This document shows positions 56,925-64,000 of a stretch of 64,000 bases of DNA, piece by piece; position 1 is the first letter of the stretch; each line of letters opens with the position of its first letter. The DNA is taken from the NCBI GenBank assembly GCA_002083825.1, contig DAZV01000039.1, positions 9,733-73,732 on the forward strand, written 5' to 3'. Both the position numbers and the translations under genes were made by a program. This stretch comes from Candidatus Sericytochromatia bacterium S15B-MN24 CBMW_12. GTDB lineage: Bacteria > Cyanobacteriota > Sericytochromatia > S15B-MN24 > UBA4093. The notes beneath the pieces were generated by a model that searched no databases, was not told the DNA's origin, and saw only the letters and a program-made list of their open reading frames with translations.

Positions 56925-57553
56925 TGCGGGTGAAGATCTGCGGGTTGACCCGCGAGGATGACGTGCGAATGGTCTGTGCGGCCGGTGCCGACGCCCTGGG
57001 CTTCGTCATGGTGCCGGGAACGAAGCGCCATGTCGCCCCGGCGCGCGTTCGAGAGTTGGCGCGCCAAGCGCATCCCTTCGTGCTGACGGTCGGGGTCGTG
57101 GCGGATCTCGGCGTGGAGGAGGCGATCGCCCTCGCGGACGCCGCCGGCGTTGGCGCCCTGCAGCTTCACGGTTCCGAGACCGTCGAAACCTGCCTTGCCA
57201 TCAAGCGAGTTCGACCCGCATTGGCGTTATTCAAGGCCATCCGGCTTCGCAGTCGCTCGGATCTCCCGGACTTCGCCGTCTGGAATGGCTTGGATGGCGT
57301 TCTTCTGGACTCCGGGGCCGGTTCGGGAGTCCCCTTCGATTGGAGCTGGCTCGATTCCTTGCCGCAGCCCCCCGTTCCGCTCATCGTGGCCGGTGGACTC
57401 GACCCCTCGAACGTGGGAGCCTTGCTCGCCCACTGTCGCCCCGCGGCGCTCGACGTCTCCAGCGGTGTCGAGAGTGGACCGGGCCGCAAGGATCCCGCAA
57501 AAGTCGGGGCCTTCCTCGCGGCGGTTGCGAATCCACGGTTTTTCTCCGCTTAA
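56924..57553 (+). CDS. trpF: phosphoribosylanthranilate isomerase
   Basis: 'MRVKICGLTREDD', 'ADALGFV', 'LQLHG', and 'DSGAGSGVPFDW'. The TGATG start overlaps the trpC stop. Confidence 0.9.
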   Translation: MRVKICGLTREDDVRMVCAAGADALGFVMVPGTKRHVAPARVRELARQAHPFVLTVGVVADLGVEEAIALADAAGVGALQLHGSETVETCLAIKRVRPALALFKAIRLRSRSDLPDFAVWNGLDGVLLDSGAGSGVPFDWSWLDSLPQPPVPLIVAGGLDPSNVGALLAHCRPAALDVSSGVESGPGRKDPAKVGAFLAAVANPRFFSA

Positions 57554-57560
57554 AGCCGGG

Positions 57561-57566
57561 TATAGT
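57561..57566 (+). promoter_or_regulatory. -10-like hexamer TATAGT 6 nt upstream of HD-GYP gene ATG (leaderless-type)
   Basis: TATAGT at 57561-57566 and ATG at 57573, with no Shine-Dalgarno in between. Confidence 0.35.
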
Positions 57567-57572
57567 CAGGCC

Positions 57573-58637
57573 ATGCGTCCCATTGATCTTGATAAAGTCC
57601 AGCCGGGGCAAATACTCGGCAAAACCATCTTCACGTCGGACGGGCGGGTCCTCCTCAGGGAAGGCACGCCTCTTTCGCTGCGTTACCTCAAGGCCCTGCG
57701 GGAGATGCAGTACGGGTTCATCTACATCGTGGATCCGCGCGTTCCCGACATCGAAGTGCAAGACGTCATCCCGGAGCAGTTGCGCCAGGAAGCCGTCCTC
57801 ACCATTCGGCGCGCCTTCGGGGACATCTGCAAGACCGGGGTCAACCTCCAGGCGATCTCGGAGGTGACCTCCCGAATCGTCGAGTCGATCATGGCCAACG
57901 ACGAATTGATCGTGCAGATGGCCGATCTCAAGAACCACGATTCCTACACGTTTTCCCACTCGGTGAACGTCTGCGTGGTGGGAACCATCCTCGGGGTCAA
58001 ACTGGGGCTCGACGAGCGCAAGCTCAAGGATCTCGCCCTGGGATTGATGCTTCACGACATCGGCAAGATGCAGGTCTCCGAGGAAATCCTTCTCAAGGCG
58101 GGGCGCCTCACCGAGGATGAGTACACCAGAATGCAGGACCATGCCCGCTCGGGTTTCGACCTGCTCCGCTCGATCCAATCGCTTTCGGCCCATGCCAAGA
58201 TCGTGGTGCTCCAGCATCACGAGAAGTACGACGGGACCGGATACCCCAAGGGTCTGAAGGGCGATGATATCCACTTGAACGGCCAGATCGGGGCGATCGC
58301 CGACGTCTACGATGCGCTGACCTCGGATCGGACCTATCGCAATCGCTTCTTGCCCCACGAGGCCATCGAGTACCTCATGAGCCAGGCTTCCCGCCATTTC
58401 TCCCTGGAACTGATCACCACCTTCATCTCGACCGTCGCTCCGTATCCTCCCGGGACCGTGCTCAAGCTCTCTTCGGGAGAGACGGGCATCGTTCACGAGG
58501 TGAACATGCGGCTTGCGTCCCGTCCCGTTGTCACGCTGGTCCAGGATGCTTCGGGCAAGGATCTTTCCGCGCCCTTTCCGATCGTGGATCTTCGTGCCGC
58601 TCCCTCCCTCACCATCACCAAGGTCGTGTCAACCTAG
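57573..58637 (+). CDS. HD-GYP domain c-di-GMP phosphodiesterase-like protein
   Basis: 'HSVNVCV', 'LHDIGK', 'HHEKYDGTGYPKGL', 'IADVYDALTSDRTYR'. Start trimmed from the tracked ORF. Confidence 0.9.
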   Translation: MRPIDLDKVQPGQILGKTIFTSDGRVLLREGTPLSLRYLKALREMQYGFIYIVDPRVPDIEVQDVIPEQLRQEAVLTIRRAFGDICKTGVNLQAISEVTSRIVESIMANDELIVQMADLKNHDSYTFSHSVNVCVVGTILGVKLGLDERKLKDLALGLMLHDIGKMQVSEEILLKAGRLTEDEYTRMQDHARSGFDLLRSIQSLSAHAKIVVLQHHEKYDGTGYPKGLKGDDIHLNGQIGAIADVYDALTSDRTYRNRFLPHEAIEYLMSQASRHFSLELITTFISTVAPYPPGTVLKLSSGETGIVHEVNMRLASRPVVTLVQDASGKDLSAPFPIVDLRAAPSLTITKVVST

Positions 58638-59513
58638 ATGAATTACCTCGAATTAGCCGTCACCGTCCCCGCCGAGGCTGCCGAAGCGGTGGCCTGGAAC
58701 CTGACCGAACGGGGCGTCCCCGGCGTCGTCGTCTCGGAGCGCTCCCCCGAAGCTCCGCCTCAAGCGCTTGCGACCCTCAAGGTATACTTCCCCGAGATTG
58801 CCCCGCCGGACATGGCGGATCTCGAAGCGGGCATCCGAGAAGGGCTCCGCCCGTTTCCCGATGCCGAGTTCCACGTGGAGACACGGACGCTTCCTGAGGA
58901 GAATTGGGCGACGAGCTGGCAAAAGTACTGGCACGTTCAGCGCATCGGCGCGAACATCGTCGTTCGTCCCTCCTGGGAGGAGTACGCCCCCCAGAGCCAA
59001 GATCTCGTGATCACCCTGGATCCGAAGCAGGCCTTCGGAACGGGAACCCACGGGACCACGCGGCTCTGCCTGAGAGCGATCGAGCGCATCATGAGCGAGG
59101 CTCCGGCCGAAACGGTATTCGACGTCGGTGCCGGCACCGGAATCCTGGCGATCCTCGCCTCCATGATGGGAGCCAAGCACGTCGTCGCCGTGGACAACGA
59201 CCCGGTCGCGGTGGCCGCGGCCGAGGAGAATGCCGAGATCAACGGCGTTTCCGTCAAGAACTTCGTGGGTTCGGCGGGTGATTTGACCGGCCAGGCTGAC
59301 CTGGTGGTCGCCAATATCCTCGCGGAGGTCATCATCGAACTCGCCCCCGAACTCTGGCGGATCACCCGCCCCGGAGGTCGACTCGTCACGTCGGGAATCA
59401 TCTCCCGCAAGGCGGATGACGTGGCCCTGGCGCTCTCGGAACAGGGCTTTCAACTGCTCGACCGTGAGCATGACGGGGACTGGGTCCTCGTGGAAGCCAA
59501 AAGACCTCTCTAA
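58638..59513 (+). CDS. prmA: ribosomal protein L11 methyltransferase
   Basis: 'LDPKQAFGTGTHGTTRLCL' and the SAM motif 'VFDVGAGTGILAI', plus 'VANILA'. The ATG directly follows the upstream stop. Confidence 0.92.
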   Translation: MNYLELAVTVPAEAAEAVAWNLTERGVPGVVVSERSPEAPPQALATLKVYFPEIAPPDMADLEAGIREGLRPFPDAEFHVETRTLPEENWATSWQKYWHVQRIGANIVVRPSWEEYAPQSQDLVITLDPKQAFGTGTHGTTRLCLRAIERIMSEAPAETVFDVGAGTGILAILASMMGAKHVVAVDNDPVAVAAAEENAEINGVSVKNFVGSAGDLTGQADLVVANILAEVIIELAPELWRITRPGGRLVTSGIISRKADDVALALSEQGFQLLDREHDGDWVLVEAKRPL

Positions 59514-59531
59514 GCCTGAATCCTAGACGCA

Positions 59532-59557
59532 CTCCTCCCGATCGGGAGGAGTTTTTT
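59532..59557 (+). terminator. rho-independent terminator
   Basis: Stem ctcctccc/gggaggag with loop GATC, followed by T6. Confidence 0.85.
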
Positions 59558-59734
59558 GTTTCAAGCTGGCTCCGGCACCGAACTTCGCTGAACTACGACC
59601 AAGCCCGATGCAGCCGGTTTATCAAGGGCATAGAGCGGTTCACGATATGCCGGTGCTTTCCGCAGCCCGACCCAGTTTCCTCTCTGGCGGCTCCTAGCCG
59701 GCACTTGGAAACCGGGTCCGCCCAAGGAGTCAGC

Positions 59735-59860
59735 ATGGCTGAGATCAAGCTCACCAAGACCGCCGTAAGCCTGCCTTGGGCCTGTTCGGGGAGCTGACCG
59801 TCGAACAGGCTCACGTCATGGCGCAGGACTAGTTGGCTGAGGTTCGCCAGGTCCGCAACC
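59735..59860 (+). pseudogene. tyrosine-integrase N-terminal fragment (DUF4102-type arm-binding region), frameshifted and stop-interrupted
   Basis: 'MAEIKLTKTAV' after AAGGAG. In another frame it reads 'LGLFGELTVEQAHVMAQD*LAEVRQVRNP', resembling the N-terminus of P4-type integrases. No catalytic domain follows. A 15-bp direct duplication 'gccaggtccgcaacc' sits at its end. Confidence 0.4.
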
Positions 59861-59885
59861 CCGGCGCGGCCAGGTCCGCAACCAA

Positions 59886-59993
59886 CTGCGCCGACAGGGC
59901 CTCAAGGTCAGTATTCATACCGTGCGCTGCGTTCTCGATGAGAACGGCTACGTGACCCCTCCGCTCCTCGAGATCTACACGACCAATCTATAG
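59886..59993 (+). mobile_element. transposase helix-turn-helix fragment (IS3-like), remnant
   Basis: This frame reads 'LRRQGLKVSIHTVRCVLDENGYVTPPLLEIY', like the HTH segment of IS3-family OrfB proteins. There is no start and no catalytic region, and it overlaps the 3' end of the GNAT gene. Confidence 0.3.
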
Positions 59994-60799
59994 TACGGAA
60001 GGCTCAGCGCGGGAACGAAGCCGAGCTTCTCGGCCAGGCGATGTGAGGCCGAATTCTCGAGACGACATGCCCAGACGGGCTCGTATCCTCTCTCAAGACA
60101 GTAATCAATGAGGGCCATGCAGACGAGTTGGGCAAGGCCCTTCCCACGGTACTTTTCAAGAGTCTCTATGCCGAGTTCTAACTGGTTGCCGTGTACGAAG
60201 GACGAAAAGGCCATACACGCGACCTCGCCCTCGATGACCAGGCAAGAGCCTACGCCCTCGCTCAGGAACCGCTCGGAACTTGGCCAGAAATTCCGAGGAA
60301 CTACGGTGCCTTGCATCGAGCGGAAGATCGCTTCGGTGGCGCGGACAACCTCGTAGACTGGTTCATCAGCCTCCGACCTCTGGAGGTCATACCGGTCTCG
60401 ATCGAACGCGAAGTTGACCCTGGTGTTTTCGACCACTTGGCCGCGATTCTCGCCGAGATCGGCGCTTTTTGCCAGGCGAGGCCCCACCATGGCTTCGATC
60501 GTCCCGGACCAGCCGGAGGGAGCGACCTGGAGCCATTCATCGCGATGTCTCGTGCCCTCGGTGTTGAGGAGGTGAGCCCGCAGGCGACCATGAAAGTGCG
60601 CGTCGTCGGTCATTCCATACAACAGGGACATGCCGTAGGGATGCTGGACATAGAAGGCGCCTGGATTCATCAGATCATCGACGTAGATGACCCCAGGCAT
60701 GGCTCCTTCCACCACTGAGCGAGCGAACAGCGTATTGAAGGGTACTTCTTCCAGCGGCGTCTTTGCCTCGGCGTAGCGACTCGGTTCCAAGATCAGCAT
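59975..60799 (-). CDS. GNAT-family N-acetyltransferase
   Basis: C-terminal acetyl-CoA-binding region 'LEKYRGKGLAQLVCMALIDYCLERGYEPVWACRLENSASHRLAEKLGF'. Start trimmed to MLILEPS. No Shine-Dalgarno. The region is visibly less GC-rich than its neighbours. Confidence 0.75.
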   Translation of the reverse strand: MLILEPSRYAEAKTPLEEVPFNTLFARSVVEGAMPGVIYVDDLMNPGAFYVQHPYGMSLLYGMTDDAHFHGRLRAHLLNTEGTRHRDEWLQVAPSGWSGTIEAMVGPRLAKSADLGENRGQVVENTRVNFAFDRDRYDLQRSEADEPVYEVVRATEAIFRSMQGTVVPRNFWPSSERFLSEGVGSCLVIEGEVACMAFSSFVHGNQLELGIETLEKYRGKGLAQLVCMALIDYCLERGYEPVWACRLENSASHRLAEKLGFVPALSLPYYRLVV

Positions 60800-61416
60800 C
60801 GTACTCGCGTTTCTCTGGGCGACCAGGCAATTGATATCAAGGACAAGCGTGGGGCAGCAGGAGCGAGTATTTCCGTCGGTCGATATCACAGGAACAGAGT
60901 ATCGACTCTGGGCTCGCGCCCCTCTAAGTGGACCCATTCACGATGATACTCTGGCTGGCAACTGAAGACTACCGACGATTCCTTCGAAGTCGGAAAGTGG
61001 TCCCAAAAACACGGCCCATCACCGTTTGGGGGCGATCACCGATTTGAAGGCAGTTCGATCGTTGTCGATCCAGGCGCCATAAGCCCCCACCTCAAGGGCA
61101 GGCGGGGGCTGTTCGTTTCTGCGCAAGCGGGGCGACCCCGGGTCAAGGTCGAGTAGCTCAGCTATTCGGCTTTTGCCCTCACAGGCCCGGGCTTGCGGCT
61201 TTCCCGCACCCGGCTCCTCCCAAGGGTTGCCGCAAGCCCCGGACCCAGTGTCCGGAGTTAGACGGCCTGCTTTGGATGGCTATTGTGCGACAACAGCAGT
61301 TACGGCATCTCCGTTCGGCTTCGAGGTGCCGAGCGAGTGGCGGCATCGGACTTTGACCATCAAGCGAGGGTTGTGTTAAGATTATTGAGAAATATTTCAG
61401 CAGGAAAGGAGTTCCC

Positions 61417-62283
61417 GTGACTCTCCTCCCCCCTGACCGCAAGCCCCTATTTCTGGCGTTGACGCTGGCACTGGCTGCCGGCCTCCCCCTGGGGCCCTCG
61501 GCCCATGCGACGCTCGAGTCCGACGCGGCAACCTACGCGCTCGACTCCGAGGAGACCCTGGCCAATCTTGGAGGATCCCTCGATGCCGATCAGGCCCCTG
61601 CTGCCCATGCGGAGTCGCGTCCGCCCGTTCTAGCTCCCATTCGCTGGGATCGGGATGCTGGGGGAACCCGGGTGATCCTCGAGAACCAACCCATTTTCCG
61701 CTTCAAAGGAGATGATGGTGCGCTCGCTCAAAGGGTGACCCTGCGGCTGAGTGGCCTGAAGCGTCAGGGTGTGTTGCGCAGTGACCGAATCACCCCGGCC
61801 AGCCACGGCGGCCGCTACTACGTGAACGTCGGCAACACGTCGCTCATCGAAATCGACGACTCCTTCGCCAAGAAGCAGGGCTCAAGGGCTGGCGCCTTGA
61901 CCCTCAGCTACGTCAACGCGCTTCGCAATCATCTAGGCGGGGTTCCTATTCAGATTCAGGTTTCGCGCGGGCTCTTGCCAGGTGCGCGCAGCGGAGTAGG
62001 TCTCGCCTCTTGGTACGGGGGCTTGTTCCACGGGCGACGGGCCGCCAGCGGCGAGCGTTTCGACATGCATGCCCATACCGCCGCGCACAAGACCCTTCCC
62101 TTCGGAACCTTGCTGCTGGTCACCAATCTATCGAATAGTAAGACCACCCTCGTCAGGATCACCGATCGGGGCCCTTATTCTCACGGTCGCTCTCTGGATC
62201 TCAGTCGGGCGGCTGCCGGAGCCCTGGGGATGCTGGGGTCCGGAGTCGCGCGCGTCCGATACACCGTACTCAGCCGATCCTGA
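61417..62283 (+). CDS. RlpA-like double-psi beta-barrel lytic transglycosylase family protein
   Basis: GTG start after AGGAAAGGAG, then a signal peptide. DPBB motif 'GLASWYGGLFHGRRAASGERFDMHAHTAAHKTLPFGTLLLVTN...VRITDRGPY'. Confidence 0.85.
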   Translation: MTLLPPDRKPLFLALTLALAAGLPLGPSAHATLESDAATYALDSEETLANLGGSLDADQAPAAHAESRPPVLAPIRWDRDAGGTRVILENQPIFRFKGDDGALAQRVTLRLSGLKRQGVLRSDRITPASHGGRYYVNVGNTSLIEIDDSFAKKQGSRAGALTLSYVNALRNHLGGVPIQIQVSRGLLPGARSGVGLASWYGGLFHGRRAASGERFDMHAHTAAHKTLPFGTLLLVTNLSNSKTTLVRITDRGPYSHGRSLDLSRAAAGALGMLGSGVARVRYTVLSRS

Positions 62284-62466
62284 CGTTTGCCGGCAGGTCG
62301 TGAGCCGCCGTCAGCCGAGCCGCGGGCGCGGCTAAACGTTGCGCGTGTCGAGCCTTTAGGGCTGCTCTCAAGTAAGCTCGGTTGGTGCCGATAGAAGACA
62401 TGGAAGCCGACAGTTCCAAGGAGGGGGCCTTCTCGCAGCGCGAGAAGCGGCAGGAGGATCCATGCC

Positions 62467-62751
62467 ATGACTTTCAACCACTTCGATCAGCTCTTGGGTC
62501 AGCGTTTGCTGCAGAATAAGCAAATCGATCCGGAAAATCTGGATCGGGCACTCGCCATTCAACGCGAGCAGCCGGAAACGGCACTCGGCGAGATCCTCAT
62601 CCGCATGAGCGTGCTCACGCAGGAGGCGCTGACCTTGGCCTTCCTGCAGCTTTACGCGCAGGTCAATGCGAATGATTTCCGCCGGATCCGCTGGGCGAGA
62701 GGCGTGGGCCGGGCCAAGCTGCCCCCGGGCACGGTGCGTCCCACGGCCTGA
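62467..62751 (+). CDS. stand-alone MshEN/T2SSE_N-like domain protein
   Basis: Two tandem motif halves, 'LLGQRLLQNKQIDPENLDRALAIQ' and 'ALGEILIRMSVLTQEALTLAF'. AGGAGG lies 9 nt upstream of the ATG. Confidence 0.55.
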   Translation: MTFNHFDQLLGQRLLQNKQIDPENLDRALAIQREQPETALGEILIRMSVLTQEALTLAFLQLYAQVNANDFRRIRWARGVGRAKLPPGTVRPTA

Positions 62752-62859
62752 ACGGCGGGGCTTCGCGAGACCCTCACTCAAAAGACCAGTTGAAGCCAGC
62801 CAAATCGTCCAGGAATTCTCCGCCCCGTCTCTCTAGACTGGCAGGAGGAGGGACTGTCG

Positions 62860-63906
62860 ATGGTCTGGCGCGCGGTGATGATGATCGCCTTGCTGCTCGG
62901 TGGCCTCTGGGTCGCCGGGCGGCTTTTTGGCATCCTGATTCTGGTGGCGATCGCCTTGCTCGTGACCGTCACGCTATTGCCCGTCGTTAGCTGGCTCGAG
63001 AGGCGACACCTCCCGCATGGCCTGTCCGTCACGCTGTGTTTTTTGGGCATCCTGGGCGCCCTGGGCGGTTTCATCGCCTACTTGATTCCCGTCTTGCTGG
63101 AACAGCTTTCCCAACTCTCGAACGCCTTGCCCGCTTTGGTTGACCGCTGGTCGGCCTTTGAAGCGAGCTGGATCGGCTGGAGGGGGCAGTACCCGTTTCT
63201 GCCGCGTCTGACGCAGATCACCGCCGGCGTCACCGCTCAAGCGACTGGCTGGCTTCAGCAGACCCTCAGCTACACCGGGCGCGTCCTGACCATGGCCGTC
63301 GAAACCGTCTCGATCCTCTTCCTGGCCTTCTTCTTCGTCAAGGACGGCCCGCAGCTCCTGCGGCAGGTCTCACAGCTGCTTCCCGAGCAGATCCGGCCGC
63401 AACTTCCGCCTTTGCTCGATCGTATCGGCATGCGCGTCGGCGGCTACGTCCTCGGAAGGCTGCTGGTCTCCGTGATCCTGGGCGCGATCGTCACCATCAG
63501 CCTGGCATGGGTGGGAATGCCCTACGCCGTCCTCCTGGGAGTGCTGGTGGGCGTCCTCGACATCATCCCCTACCTGGGCCCCTTCCTCGCGGCAGCGCCC
63601 GGAGTGCTCATCGCGCTCACCCAGTCATGGTCGCTCACCCTCTGGGTACTCGGGATTTACCTGGTGGCCCAGCAAATCGAGTCCTATCTGCTCAGTCCCT
63701 TCATCGTCGGGAAATCGGTGGGCATCCACCCCGCATGGATCCTGATCGCGTTGCTGATCGGCGCCGAACTCATGGGAGTCACCGGGATGGTCCTGGCCGT
63801 CCCAGCCGCAGCGACGCTGCACGTGCTGCTCGATGAGCTCTACCTACCCCGCATGCAGGCTCAAACGCCATCAGGGGGCCAGCAGGACGGTGAGCCGGAA
63901 GGGTGA
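62860..63906 (+). CDS. AI-2E family transporter (PerM/UPF0118)
   Basis: 348 aa with ~8 TM helices. The conserved C-terminal region is 'LDIIPYLGPFLAAAPGVLIAL' and 'GVTGMVLAVPAAA'. Confidence 0.9.
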   Translation: MVWRAVMMIALLLGGLWVAGRLFGILILVAIALLVTVTLLPVVSWLERRHLPHGLSVTLCFLGILGALGGFIAYLIPVLLEQLSQLSNALPALVDRWSAFEASWIGWRGQYPFLPRLTQITAGVTAQATGWLQQTLSYTGRVLTMAVETVSILFLAFFFVKDGPQLLRQVSQLLPEQIRPQLPPLLDRIGMRVGGYVLGRLLVSVILGAIVTISLAWVGMPYAVLLGVLVGVLDIIPYLGPFLAAAPGVLIALTQSWSLTLWVLGIYLVAQQIESYLLSPFIVGKSVGIHPAWILIALLIGAELMGVTGMVLAVPAAATLHVLLDELYLPRMQAQTPSGGQQDGEPEG

Positions 63907-63956
63907 ACCCCGCTTCGGTTGCCCCTATCGGGATCGACGAGAGGAGACATCAACCA

Positions 63957-64000
63957 TGCGTACGGCCCTACTGCTTGGCGTAGCCCTGGCATTCGCTTCT
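63957..64000 (+). CDS. 5' end of a secreted-protein gene (partial, runs off window)
   Basis: GAGGAG RBS, then ATG and 'MRTALLLGVALAFAS', which is signal-peptide-like. Confidence 0.4.

Noticed and set aside
61141-61200. tRNA-like fragment ('gagtagctcagc')
   Set aside because: Only a D-arm-like 'GTAGCTCAG' string is present. No acceptor stem, anticodon arm or T-arm can be folded, so I do not call it a tRNA or tRNA remnant.
59560-61416. Intact prophage or integrative element
   Set aside because: Only short, frameshifted integrase and transposase fragments are present. No complete recombinase, att duplication or phage structural gene is visible, so I treat it as a decayed scar.

Overview
High-GC bacterial chromosomal window (GC not computed) with about 57 supportable protein genes, two tRNA genes (tRNA-Asp-GTC and initiator tRNA-Met-CAT, neither with an encoded CCA), no rRNA and no CRISPR array. 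Many lipobox lipoproteins and a beta-barrel protein ending in Phe suggest a diderm envelope. Most of the window is housekeeping or carbohydrate metabolism: two MalEFG-type sugar ABC systems, GH38, GH1, two GH57 glucan enzymes, alkaline phosphatase, PEP carboxylase, RadA, TrpC/TrpF, PrmA, an FtsH-like protease, a Na/Pi cotransporter and an OmpR-type two-component system. The stand-out is a ~11 kb lipid gene cluster at 15179-26309. It combines a FAAL-type adenylating enzyme, a free-standing ACP, an AccD-type carboxyltransferase, two divergent KASIII paralogues around an SDR reductase, an ICMT-family methyltransferase, a membrane hexapeptide-repeat acyltransferase, a GT2/GT21 glycosyltransferase and an MMPL exporter. 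This parts list mixes the mycolate-condensation logic (FadD32/AccD4/Pks13/CmrA/MmpL3) with the OleA/Lst/Nlt head-to-head condensation logic, but uses only discrete enzymes. I infer a 2-alkyl-3-hydroxy (mycolic-type or beta-lactone) glycolipid pathway; novelty cannot be established without database searches. Other signals: (1) a dispersed intergenic repeat family, with a 56-bp short form that bridges the stop codons of convergent genes exactly and a 103-bp long form in tandem; (2) five tandem 11-bp repeats abutting the RBS of a sensor-less histidine kinase; (3) four genes with a -10-like hexamer exactly 6 nt upstream of ATG and no Shine-Dalgarno, a leaderless-mRNA signature; (4) a 777-aa LRV/HEAT-repeat protein between the two tRNA genes; (5) a small lower-GC islet with integrase and transposase fragments next to a GNAT gene. 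Many long ORFs in the six-frame track are antisense or out-of-frame artefacts of the high GC content and were rejected.
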